Assembly (NCBI GenBank): GCA_965178125.1
Contig: OZ237762.1
Span: 620,001-684,000, forward strand
Length of the DNA stretch: 64,000 bases
Direction: 5' to 3'
DNA from: Bilabrum cf. latius
Taxonomy: Eukaryota
Positions 53,758-64,000 of this stretch are shown here, one piece after another. A program made the position numbers and the translations under genes. Under the pieces are notes generated by a model, which made no database searches, had not been told where the DNA came from, and saw nothing but the letters and a program-made list of their open reading frames with translations. Numbering within the stretch: the first letter of the stretch is position 1; every line of letters starts with the position of its first letter.

Positions 53758-54660
53758 TTACATAAGGTAAGCCTACTTTTCTCCTAATAAATACCTCGGG
53801 TAATTCCTGTGGACACATACCCACCTAGAAGGCATTTTTAAGACTTTAGAGATTTCTTGTTTCTCAAGTCCTATATAATTTTTTAGTAAATACCTTAGAG
53901 AATGTGCGGAAGAACACTAAGGGAATATAACGAACTTATGACTTTCCGCAAGAATAATTCGGGTACTTTTATAGTTGGTAGATAAATGACTTGTGATTAA
54001 TACAGAAGTATTTGAATGTCTTCCAACCTACAATATTTCATCCTGTAAATGATTGAGGGCTTCCCTTAACTTCTTATCTTTGATTGTATCAATATCATCC
54101 AAGATTACTAAGGCGTCCCTTAATTCCTAATGAATATCAATCGGGTTCTCCACCAGTTCCTCATTTAAAATAATCCTTTTCAGTCCTTTCACTTCATCTA
54201 AGACTTTATCCTACTATACTCGTGAAAATAAAATAATTCTCCTGTTTGGAAACATTCTGTGATAATTCTTAGCATATTTGGAAACCCAAGTAGACTTCCC
54301 AGCACCTGATGGTGCGGTGATATAAATGACCTCTCTTCCTTTTGGATTTGGTAATGATTGGAATTCACCCTATTTTAATGTAATCTCTTTATGTTTCTTT
54401 TCCTATGCTTTTTCATACAAGTATTTGATGTCTTCGTCTAGGGGTTCGACCTGTTTGATTAAGTGTCGTGCTAATAAATCCATTTTCCTCTGCGGAAATC
54501 GTTTCCCTGTAAGTGATGATACTTGAAAATCCTAGAATGATATACTATCATCTCCAAATTGGTTGTCTGTCTTTTCCGCTGTGTATAAAATACGTTTTCC
54601 GTGTGTGTCATATGCGATAGGTGTTGATTTTGTAGTTTCCTTCCAAGAAAAATGTGCCAT
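53758..54660 (-). CDS. FtsK/HerA (A32-like) genome packaging ATPase (300 aa)
   Basis: Motifs IYITAPSGAGKS, LVILDDID, GRHSNTSVLITSH and TRIILAESH. Ends in TAA. Confidence 0.92.
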
Positions 54661-54850
54661 TTTAGTGTATTTACTATATGTTTTTATATTTTCTAAAGTG
54701 TTTTGTCTTTTTGTTGAAAACTTATTTTGAATGATTGTCTTTTATGCTATCCACAAATTCCAAAACGGATTTTGTAGAAATACTTCTACGCATAAATAAT
54801 GGTTAAGAGATGTTTTTATCTCCCCCAATATATATGTATATAATAAATAT

Positions 54851-55387
54851 ATGGATTATGCTCTTAGCGATAGTGATATTCGTGTTCTCCTCCAAAATCC
54901 ACCAAATATTAAGGCATTTCTTCCTACGTCGGTAAACATCGTTCCATATACAGAATTAGGATAGTACAATAGTATTGATGGATTATTTAGTCGTTGTAAT
55001 TGTTGTATCATTCTATACCAAGAAGAAATAAACTCTGGACACTGGGTCTGCTTATTTAAGCGTAATAAAACAATATACTTCTTTGACAGTTATGGAATTC
55101 GTCCTGATAGGCAATAGCACACAATGAGTGAAAGCGTGCGGAAACGTTTTTATGAAGACCCTGAGTTAATTTATTTAATGTATCATTCTCCGTATAAGAT
55201 TGACTATAACCCATATTAGTTTTAGGCGGATGGAATGGATATAGCAACCTGCGGGAGACATTGTATAGTTCGTCTTTGGAATAGAGCGAAAAACGCTAAT
55301 TAGTATAAAAAGTGGGTGGATAAGGTTTGTAAGAAACATACATTAAATCCTGATGAATTAGTGTATTTATTGACGTGTCATTTATGA
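54851..55387 (+). CDS. Virion maturation cysteine protease (adenain/Ulp1-like; 178 aa)
   Basis: Motifs SGHWVCL, FFDSYG and (TAG)F(TAG)ADGMDIATCGRHC. Confidence 0.92.
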
Positions 55388-55666
55388 ACTCCAAAGGTAA
55401 AAATGTGAGAAGAACTTTGGGGTTCTTGGTTTTACTTCGATACCGTGTCGTTTGAAGTATCTAAATTGGCGGTCCGTATCTAAATGATTTAAATGGCTGT
55501 AATACCCTATTCTATCGTAAAATTGCTAATACCGCCTATCACCAAACGATGTAATATATTCATCATTTTCGTCAAAAACATCATACTTCTTATTCTTGCG
55601 TCTTGAGGGTGCTTTAAATAGAAAATTCTCAACAACCTTTTCAAAATCGTAGGTATGTAGCTTCAT
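55382..55666 (-). CDS. Small conserved viral protein (DUF5754-like; 94 aa)
   Basis: Pattern KNKKYDV...SFGDRRY(TAG)QFYD...RYFKRH...PKFFSHFYLW, as seen in virophage, PLV and giant-virus small proteins. Family assignment is from recall. Confidence 0.7.
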
Positions 55667-55697
55667 AAGTACTTTATAGTATAGTCTTCTACTTATA

Positions 55698-55811
55698 TCA
55701 AAGCCCGAGCTTCTTGTATTCCTTTAGTTTTTCGTGTAATTTTTTCCAAATACGTGGATTAATTTGCTTGACAATATGCTCTATCATCAACTCCTTTAAA
55801 AATGGGTTCAT
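55698..55811 (-). CDS. Virophage micro-ORF (37 aa)
   Basis: Preceded by the CTATAGTAA-ATG motif shared with the other viral genes. Confidence 0.45.
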   Translation of the reverse strand: MNPFLKELMIEHIVKQINPRIWKKLHEKLKEYKKLGL

Positions 55812-55959
55812 TTACTATAGTGATATAGAATGGCTTAAATTATCATCTCTTGGGAAATCCAATCTTTGAAAAAGATATCAAAACAGCGGAGGGCAAAGCC
55901 CGAGCATCTTGGAAAATTAATTTTAATATTTCTTTGTATCCTATATTGTCAAAATTTTT

Positions 55960-57020
55960 CAATCAATTTTTGTGTTTTTAATTGGAAAACAATTATAATT
56001 TGTTTTTTATTTTCCTTTTAATTTTTATGGTGGCATCATAGGAATTACAACATTTAATTTTAATCTTTGAAAAAGATATCAAAAGAGCGGAGGGCAAAGC
56101 CCGAGCATCTTGGGAACTTAATTTATTTTTTCTAAGTCTCTTATAATTGACCTGTAAAATTGACAAGTTTTTTGGGGACTTTTCGAAAGGGACTTAAAAT
56201 ACGTTTTCGTTTTCCTTTTAATTTTTATGGTGGCATCATAGGAATTACAACATTTAATTTTAATTGGAAAATATATTTATTCTTTCTAAGTCTCTTAAAA
56301 TTGACCTGTAAAATCTCTCAATTTTAATCTTTGAAAAAGATATCAAAAGAGCGGAGGGCAAAGCCCGAGCATCTTGGGGGACTTTTCCAAAGGGACTTAA
56401 AATACGTTTTCGTTTTCCTTATAATGTATCATCTCTTGGGTAATCGGTTTGGTTGCTTCGGAGAACAATTTAGTCGCTTGGGAAATCCTTGGGAAATCCT
56501 TGGGAAATCCTTGGGAAATCCTTGGGAAATCCTTGGGAAATCCTTGGGAAATCCTTGGTCGGTTCATCGGTCGGTTCATCGGTCGGTCGCTTGGGAACAT
56601 ACCTCGGTCTCTTGATAAAATACCTTGTTCTCTTGGGGAAATCCTCGGTTGGTCTCTTGGTCTCTTGGGAATTCATCCTTCCGTTCCTACAGCAAACACA
56701 GAGATATTTTGGACACTTGGTTAATTTCTTCATTTTTTCCTACTTTACTAAAACATCTCTGTCTTTGCTGTTAGAGTTTATAAGGGGGTTAAATATTAGA
56801 ATTCTTCAATTTACCCCTACTTCGTAGGAGTAAATTTTATATCTGAAAATGGGTACATAGAGGGGTTCTATAGGGGTTCTTGGGGAACCCCCTGTGAAAT
56901 CATTTAGGTTTATAGGGGAAACACTTGAGTTGCTAAATATGCCTTTAAAGGAGGGGCGAGCGTAGCGTAGCCCTCGTCCTCAACGCTTGGTGTACCTACC
57001 ACCACCTGTTGTCCCCCCCC
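55960..57020 (-). repeat. Right terminal inverted repeat of the provirophage
   Basis: Ends CCTACCACCACCTGTTGTCCCCCCCC. Has the 11-mer x7 and an extra ~50 bp module at ~56065-56113. Confidence 0.95.
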
Positions 57021-58222
57021 GGGGACGACGGTTCACCGGAAAGGGGGAGGAAGTAGTGGAGGAGAAGATGATTGGTGGGGTCATCGGTTTGATGCGGCGG
57101 ATCGGAAGGGGGAGGCACAGGCCGGGCAGGTGGGGGTTTGGGCATGTGTGTGACGAGTGACTCGGATCAGGGGGATCGGATCACCCGACCACATGCGGAT
57201 GTGGACTCGAGCGGCAATCAAGCCGCGTGCTATTCGGGCGCTAAGGGGCAGCGCTCGCCATTTTTTCTTAATTAACCTCTTGCTCTTCTATGGATTCAAG
57301 TAAGGCATCGTAGAAGCGCACAGAGCGCGCTGAGCGTCGGGCGGCATCAAAGAGCCGGTCCAATTCTGTATCATCTGGCGGGATGCGGGCGGCCGCCGCT
57401 GCGTCCCCGGCGCCGCAGGCCGGCCCATCTATTGTTCCTGCTGCTAGTCATGGCCCGAGACCGGCGGTAGGTGCAATGCAGCCCGCGATGCGGCCGTGTC
57501 CAAGACCGGTGAGTGGACGGCGCCCGCTGGATGCGGAAGTGGCGGCTGCTGCCAGAGCTCGCCTCGCGGTTACGTGTGATCTCACGGGGGATAAGGCCAC
57601 ACCCCTGCTCTTGAGGAAGGATCGTAACATACTCTGGTCGCCAAAGCCAGCTAGGATAGCTGTGGCCCTCAGGCCTTTCGGAAGTGCGTTTGATTCTTTG
57701 TTGGGGTCCGCCTTGTCCGACACTGGTTGCCACCCCTCCTGGTGGATTCGGACGAACTCCTCCTTCGGGAGGTGGAGAGATTTTTCCATCGGGGGCCGGT
57801 GTCCAGTTTGTAACGCGCGCACGATAGCCTGAATAGGCAGCTTGCGGTACTCATCAGGGTACCGGCATATGCGCCGCTTTGTTCCAGGGGTCGCGAAACC
57901 CAGTCTTTACAGGTTGTGCTGGAGCTCCGGGTTACAGGCTGCCTGTAACAGGCCACCCCCCCCCCCCCCCCCCCGGGGTCTCGAGCCGGCTCGAGGGTCA
58001 CGTTTCCGATTCGTAGTCGAGACACTCTGCGTTTCCGAGTAGTCTTTACAGCAGGTTTCGAGGCTGGTTTTTCCGTCTGGTTGGTAGATTTTGGCTGCTC
58101 CTTCGGCTTCCTGCCGTACTGAGATCACACGTTGTACAGCACCCTAATCTCGCAGACAGTCACACATGGTTGCAGTTGGTTTCCTCCGAGAGCCCATTCT
58201 CAAAGTTACCAAAAAGAAATAC

Positions 58223-58763
58223 TGGCGAGCGCTGCCCCTCAGCGCCCGAATAGCACGCGGCTTGATTGCCGCTCGAGTCTAATTGTGACCTCTCAACTTC
58301 CACATCCGCATGTGGTCGGGTGATCCGACCCCCCTGATCCGAGTCACTCGTCACACACATGCCCAAACCCCCACCTGCCCGGCCTGTGCCTCCCCCTTCC
58401 AGTCCGCCGCATCAACCCGATGACCCCACCACTCATCTTCTCCTCCACTACTTCCTCCCCACTTGGTGAACCGCCGCCCCCTCCTCCCTGCTTTGCTCCC
58501 CGGGCCATCCCTCGCCCTCTCCCTCTGCTCCGCACCCCCCCCCCACCCCCACCCCTCGCTCTCTCTCTCTGCTCCGCACCCCCCCCCACCCCAGTTTCCA
58601 TCCCTCGCCCACCCCGCGTCGCCGCCCCTCCTGGTCTGTATCTCTAGCCTATATTTCTCTCTCTCTCCTCCGTATCGCTACGTCGCATCTGCCCCTGCAC
58701 CTCGAGTGGGTCCCGCGCCCACCGTGCGACCTCAATCTCAGAGACCTTGCTGGCCTCACCAAC
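58223..58763 (-). repeat. Uninterrupted paralog of the host repeat that the virophage split (39468-39694 + 57021-57260)
   Basis: Its reverse complement matches both virophage flanks colinearly across the junction. Confidence 0.88.
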
Positions 58764-58806
58764 GGAGACTGCGACGGGTGTGACTCTGCCTGCGATCGAT
58801 CGAAGC

Positions 58807-59847
58807 TTACTCGTCGGTTATCTCTTGCAATCGTGCGGATACTTCCACTTCTGAGCGTAGGGACTCCACATATCCCTTCAGGCGTGACTTGTCTGCCTCT
58901 AGGTCTTGTATACGGCGCTCCAGGTGGCTCCTCTGGGACTAAGACTCTTCCGTCGTCTGTGTCGCTTGCCTCCGGGCCTCGCTGGGGTGCTTGAGGTCAG
59001 ATTGAAGTTCAGAGATCTTAGCAGTCTAGCTTGCTACTTCGTCCAAAGCATTTGATAGCTTGGCTTGAAGGCTGGCTACATCGTTCTTCTTGTTCCAAAG
59101 ATCAGCCTGCAGATCTCGGAGCCTCGATTCCAGGGACCTGCTCTGTTCCTGGGACTTCTTTTCGATTGATTCGAGAGTCGCAGCTGCATCAGCACGGGTC
59201 TTCTGCAGTGTCTCTGTAAGCTGGTGGTTTGCGGCAGACAGTGAGTGGATCGCCTCAGCCTGCACCGCTGATCGTTCGTCGAGGAAAAGTCGCAGTCGTT
59301 GAGTTTCGCCATTTGCCTTATCCAGTGCCTTCTGGAAGCCCATTTTCTGTTGCTCAAAGTTTCCCGAAATTCGGCGCAGCTCTTTCTTCGCCTCCTTGAG
59401 GTCGTCCGCCGCCCTCTGGAGGTATGCCAGTTTGTTGTGCAGCGCAAGAATCTCGGCGTTTTGGGAGTTGCCCAGCTTTCTCCTGTCCTCTAGTTCTTGT
59501 CTCATTCTGTCTCTCTCGACTGTGGTTCCCTCCAAGGTGGTACTTTTCATCTGCAGGATGTTCGTGAGTCGAGCCACTTTATGCTTCTGATCACTCAGGC
59601 ACTCGTGATCGAGTGATTGTAGGTAGCTTAAGTGAGCAACACAAAGAATACTTGCGAATGCTACCAATAACGCGACATCAAAGGCACTAAGTGGTGTGAA
59701 CCATGATCCACGACGGGCTCGACCCGTGGAGTCCGCGTCCTCGTACCACTGGTCGTTTTGAGCATCTACACCCTAGAGGGTTGTAGTAATGATGATAGAC
59801 AGCATAATCAGCCATGGTAGCGGCTTGGGCCAATTGCGCGGAGCCAT
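58807..59847 (-). CDS. Signal/TM-anchored coiled-coil protein
   Basis: Starts MAPRNWPKPLPWLIMLSIII. One frame through TAGs to TAA 58807. Confidence 0.65.
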
Positions 59848-60297
59848 ATAGCCCTTGACTGTCCAAGAAAGGTAGGAAAGGAAAGGATGATGAAGATAAG
59901 CAGTTGCGCGAATCCGGATTGCGTTTTGCGCTTTGGTCGCTGCTTTAGCCCTAGGTTAGGCGTGGTGTAGAGCATAGCAATAGTGCAATAACCCAGCCGC
60001 TGCCACGCCGTTGGCAGCGAGATGCTCCGGTTCGCGAACCATTTGCATGACTAGACTCTGCAACGGTCCGGGGGACCGCACTATTAATGCTGGTTCTTAT
60101 GTTGGCGCTGCTGACGTCGACAGCGTCAGTGGATGCATTGGAAATGATTGAAACGCTCATGCACGTTTGTCGCGCCTTGATACTCCAGCGTGTTACGAAA
60201 CCGATGCGCCACATGAACTGAGACGAACGTTCTCGAGGTTCGCTAAAAAAAATCTGCTGACGGCAACTGTGGCGTGTCACACTCACAACAATCCATT

Positions 60298-62361
60298 ATG
60301 CTGACAGCAATTGCTTTGATTTTGGGTGCAAGCCAGGTATATGGAGGTGCAGTAACTGTTGCCCATACTTCGTTCGGAGCACCAGGTGTAGATGTGCTCG
60401 TGGATGGCGCCAAGGTGAGACGTGCGGTGAATCGCTACCGTGCGAGGGTTTTATTGGGCACGGACAGCTTGATAGAGTACGTGCCGAGCAGCTTGTTCAT
60501 AAAATGGCTTCTTTCCCCGTGCAAAACTGGACGCGGTTTGTTTGTGTCCAATGCCTGTCACGTGGAGGCTCTAATTATGTGACGGGCGGTCACGTAGCGC
60601 GGTGACGTGCGCGGTCAATCTGCGCGAATTTTCGCCTAATAGCTTCACCAATCAGGTTCCACGACAATGAATGGCAATAACATACATCGCAGGTTGCTAC
60701 CAATCTGGAGTTTGGCCACACTGCCACGATTGATGCCCCAGGAGGGCTCTACGAGGTCGAGCTGCAGGCGGGCGGCGCCACGGTCCTCAAGCGCAAGCTG
60801 AACGTCTTCTCCTCGGTGCCTGGGATCGACATCGGACAGACCATCTACGCAGTTAATCCTCTGGAGGGGCTCACGCTGAGCACCTTGGAGCACGACGTGC
60901 CGCGCACTACCGATGACCACATTGTCGTGAGAATATGCAACATTCCTTGGCTTGGCTCGCAACACAGCCAGGTTGACTACCTACCTATTAGACTTTTGTT
61001 TCCTTGGACTAGTATGCGGTGTACCATGATGTCGCGATGCCGCTCAGATCGAGAGCGTCGCATTCCCCGCATCGTGGCGCTGATGGCGGCCGTGACACGT
61101 CACCCGGTTCATTCCCCGCATCATGGCAGCCGTGGCACGTCACGATCCAAGGTTCGTAGCTCAAAAACTCTCCCAGCATTATTTTTAATTATTACAAATT
61201 TGTTCGCAGTTCAGGTACCACCACCTAGTGGCAGATGCCCCTGCCGTGACGGTCATCACCACCAACGACGAGGGCAGGCAGGTGTGCATCGACGCCACAC
61301 TCGAGTACGGTGACGCGACCTCGGTCTACTGCTTCGTGGACCGCAGGGAGCGCGAGATTAACGTGGCAGTGACCCTCCCCGGAGACGCCGGCGAGGTGCT
61401 CTTCAAGGCCACTCTCAAGCCGGCTGAGATCCCCGCGGGGACGTACGGCGTGTCGGTGATCGGCAGCGCGGCAGCCAAGCAGCTCGGCGCGGCGATCATC
61501 CCGCTCTCCGGCGCCAAGGCATCCCTCAACCTCACCGAGGCCATCCAGCAGCAGCGGAACCTAGGCACGTTGCGCGGCGCCGCCGCCGCCGCCCCTCAGC
61601 AGGCCAAGGTGCTCCCCATGGCACTCGCCGACTCCGTGCCCTCGACTGAGGGCTTCCCCGCCATGCAGAACGTGGAGGCCGCCACCGTGCCAATCCGCGT
61701 GGTGCACGGGTGCGCCGATGCCCCCGCCGTCAACGTGCTCGTGGATGGGGCCAAGGTGGCCACTCTCAAGTACCTGCAGTACACCCCCTACGTCCCCGTG
61801 GGTGCGGGCAACCACAAGGTGCAGCTGCAGCTGGAGTCGGGCACCGTGGTGCTCGAACGGCCCCTGTACGTGTCTCCTCCTTCCACCCGCGCCGCCCCCG
61901 AGTCGTTCAGGACCGTGGTGGCCGTCGGCAGTGCACTGTTCGGGACCCTCGACCTCGCGGTCTACAACGACGGGGAGTTCCCCCCTGAGGAGGTGCTCTA
62001 CCGCCAGGCCAACCTGTTCGAGAGCGACCTGCCCAACGTGATCCACCTGGACAACGCCGCCATCCAGGAGGAGTTCCCCCTGTACTTCACCCGCGCCACC
62101 AACCACTTCATCAAGTCCATCCCGTTCCGTGCGGTGTTCGGAACCGTGGACCAGCTTGAGAGGGACGGCGGGCGCCGGTTCATCGGGGCTGGAGCCCTCA
62201 ACGGGACTGAGGTGACCGGCCTGTATACTGCATGGGCACTCGGCATTGGGGAGCGCGCTGAGCTCGCCATCCTGCCCGATGCCACTACCGCGCAGGCTGC
62301 CTCGGTCGTGCCGGTCGAAGGCCTGGCCGCCATCGATGCCGTCGTTTCGAAATCGGAGTGA
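60298..62361 (+). CDS. Secreted protein with repeated DUF4397-like domains, 3 exons
   Basis: Signal peptide, then the repeats VAHTSFGAPGVDVLVDG, YHHLVADAPAVTV and VVHGCADAPAVNVLVDG. GT-AG introns at ~60415-60692 and ~60926-61209. Confidence 0.8.
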
Positions 62362-63254
62362 TTTTCGCGGCTCACTAGCAGGGGCAAGGTGACCACAGAC
62401 TTACGCTGAGGCGTGGGAATTGTTGTCCGCCCGTGCTCTTGATTTCTTCGTGAATTGAACGCTGCCTAGGAGTTGCAGATGCACCTCCAAGCAGTCCTAG
62501 ACGACAAATCAGGAACACTCTTTACGCATAAGATAAGCAATTTTACAACGTGCCGTGCAACCGTTCAATGTGGAGACTGTATCTTGGAGACAGTAGTATC
62601 CTTAGACCTGTGCCACGTTCACGGGGATGCGAAGCCCATTCTTCTGTACAGTTAGTGGTCACGGTCTAGTTTGTGTGCACGCGCACGGCATACAACCTTT
62701 TCGCACAAACTCCATGAATGACTCTTACCATTTTGGGTGAACGGGCTGTATTTGATGATCGCATTGCGATCATCCCGAACCGAAGCTTCGCGAAGGCACC
62801 AGCACTGCCACTGGTCGGTCGCTCGCGGAAACTGGCGCAAATTGTCAATTTCACTCGACAACAATCGCATTGAATTGCCTGTAAGTTACAATATGCAACC
62901 AATGAAAGGAGGCCCACGATGTGGTGGTGGGCTTGGGGCTGGGGGAGCGACGTCTCCGGCGGAGATCCGGGAAGGATCGGCGCATCAACAAGCAGCGCAG
63001 GGTACGACACCAGTAAGTGATGGACTGGGGGTGCATATTTCTACAAGAACATATTAAGGGCTTGGTCATTTCGCCGATCCAAGGCTACACTGTGCGTGGG
63101 GCCTGTCGTCATATGGCAGTTTCGCTTCCGCACAGCCTGACTGAAGCCGCATCTCTCGCGAAAACCGAAGTCTAAGTCATCAATCATGCTATTATACATA
63201 TACATTATTACATCGCAGGTTCATTATATGTTGCTGACGGACAACTACGCCGCA

Positions 63255-64000
63255 ATGGCTGCCACGGGCTACCAACCAGCCACAATTGACGCGAGGGCGC
63301 TCCGGCGCGGCCCGTCACCATTAGCCAGCGCTGGCGGGCGGCAGGCAGTCAAATCCTCGAATACAACCCATACCGTGCATCTCAAAAGCAGGGGCTGCAA
63401 TCGTCTCCAGGGGGCTGGAATCCAACTTGCGACCATTGGCAGCGGCTCCGGTCGCAAAGCCGCGACGATGGCTCGCGATGCTTGCAGCGAGGCATGCCTG
63501 CCTCACCCAGAGTCGCAGGCGGGACAAATCTGCGCCAGAGCAGACACATCTAAATCCGATTCGCGTGTTCCGGGCGCGCACACAAGCAGGCTGCGCGAAC
63601 TGGGAAGGCTGGCAGCAGCCGAAGCAGCTAGTGGCACGGCACCGGCAGGCCAGCGCACGACCGCCCCACCTGCAGCGCAGGGCGCGTCGATGCCACCGGC
63701 GGCGAGCAGCTCAGCGGCATCAAGGTGCTTGGACCAGGTATCCTCGGTGGTCTCCCGAAGTTCTGCCGCCAGGGAACACCAAGCTACAAGCCCGAGCCCG
63801 AGCCCGAGCCCGAGCCCAAGCGTCTGCAAAAGCTCGGGCCGTGGCCGGACCCTGCGGCGCAAGGCACAGTCCAAGAAGACCACGCATTTCCAGCGCTGGC
63901 TTCAGCTCGAAGACGAGCAGAACCAGCGCAAGAAATCGGAGCTTATGCTGCAGCTGCAGTAGCTCCAGCGGCAGTCTCACACTACGGCCAGGTACTCGGC
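63255..64000 (+). CDS. Hypothetical low-complexity protein, truncated by the window end
   Basis: Long ORF whose apparent stop at 63960 is a TAG in a Gln-rich context. The start is uncertain. Confidence 0.4.

Larger units (their letters stand above)
39695..57020. mobile_element. Endogenous virophage (provirophage; Lavidaviridae/Maveriviricetes-like), ~17.3 kb
   Basis: Abrupt switch to AT-rich sequence, ~1 kb TIRs, GGGGA target-site duplication, the four virophage morphogenesis genes, plus integrase, helicase and pPolB. Confidence 0.95.

Noticed and set aside
41065-55666. Viral genes as pseudogenes full of nonsense mutations
   Set aside because: The internal stops are exclusively TAG, frames are preserved, catalytic motifs are intact, and host genes show the same pattern.
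39695-57020. Classical Polinton/Maverick, or contaminating phage or bacterial contig
   Set aside because: The capsid, penton, ATPase and protease look virophage-type. The TSD plus the split host repeat show real integration, and the element shares the host's code.

Overview
GC-rich, intron-poor protist nuclear DNA (stramenopile/bicosoecid-like by style, which is an inference) that reads TAG as glutamine while TAA and TGA remain stops. The supplied standard-code ORF track therefore breaks most genes into pieces. Host genes include RPL7, a PX-domain AGC kinase, an APC4-like protein, a DeSI/PPPDE peptidase, an FkbM-type methyltransferase, a class C GPCR-like receptor and a DUF4397-type secreted protein. 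An AT-rich ~17.3 kb endogenous virophage is inserted at 39695-57020, with ~1 kb terminal inverted repeats and a GGGGA target-site duplication. Under TAG=Gln it has an apparently intact gene set: rve integrase with chromodomain, SF3 helicase, compact protein-primed PolB with an OTU-like module, Sputnik-like major capsid protein, penton, packaging ATPase, maturation protease and putative core proteins. It uses the host's TAG=Gln code heavily, including at a conserved active-site Gln. It sits inside a structured ~0.5 kb host repeat whose uninterrupted inverted paralog lies ~1.2 kb downstream. All assignments come from manual translation and motif recognition; no database searches were run.
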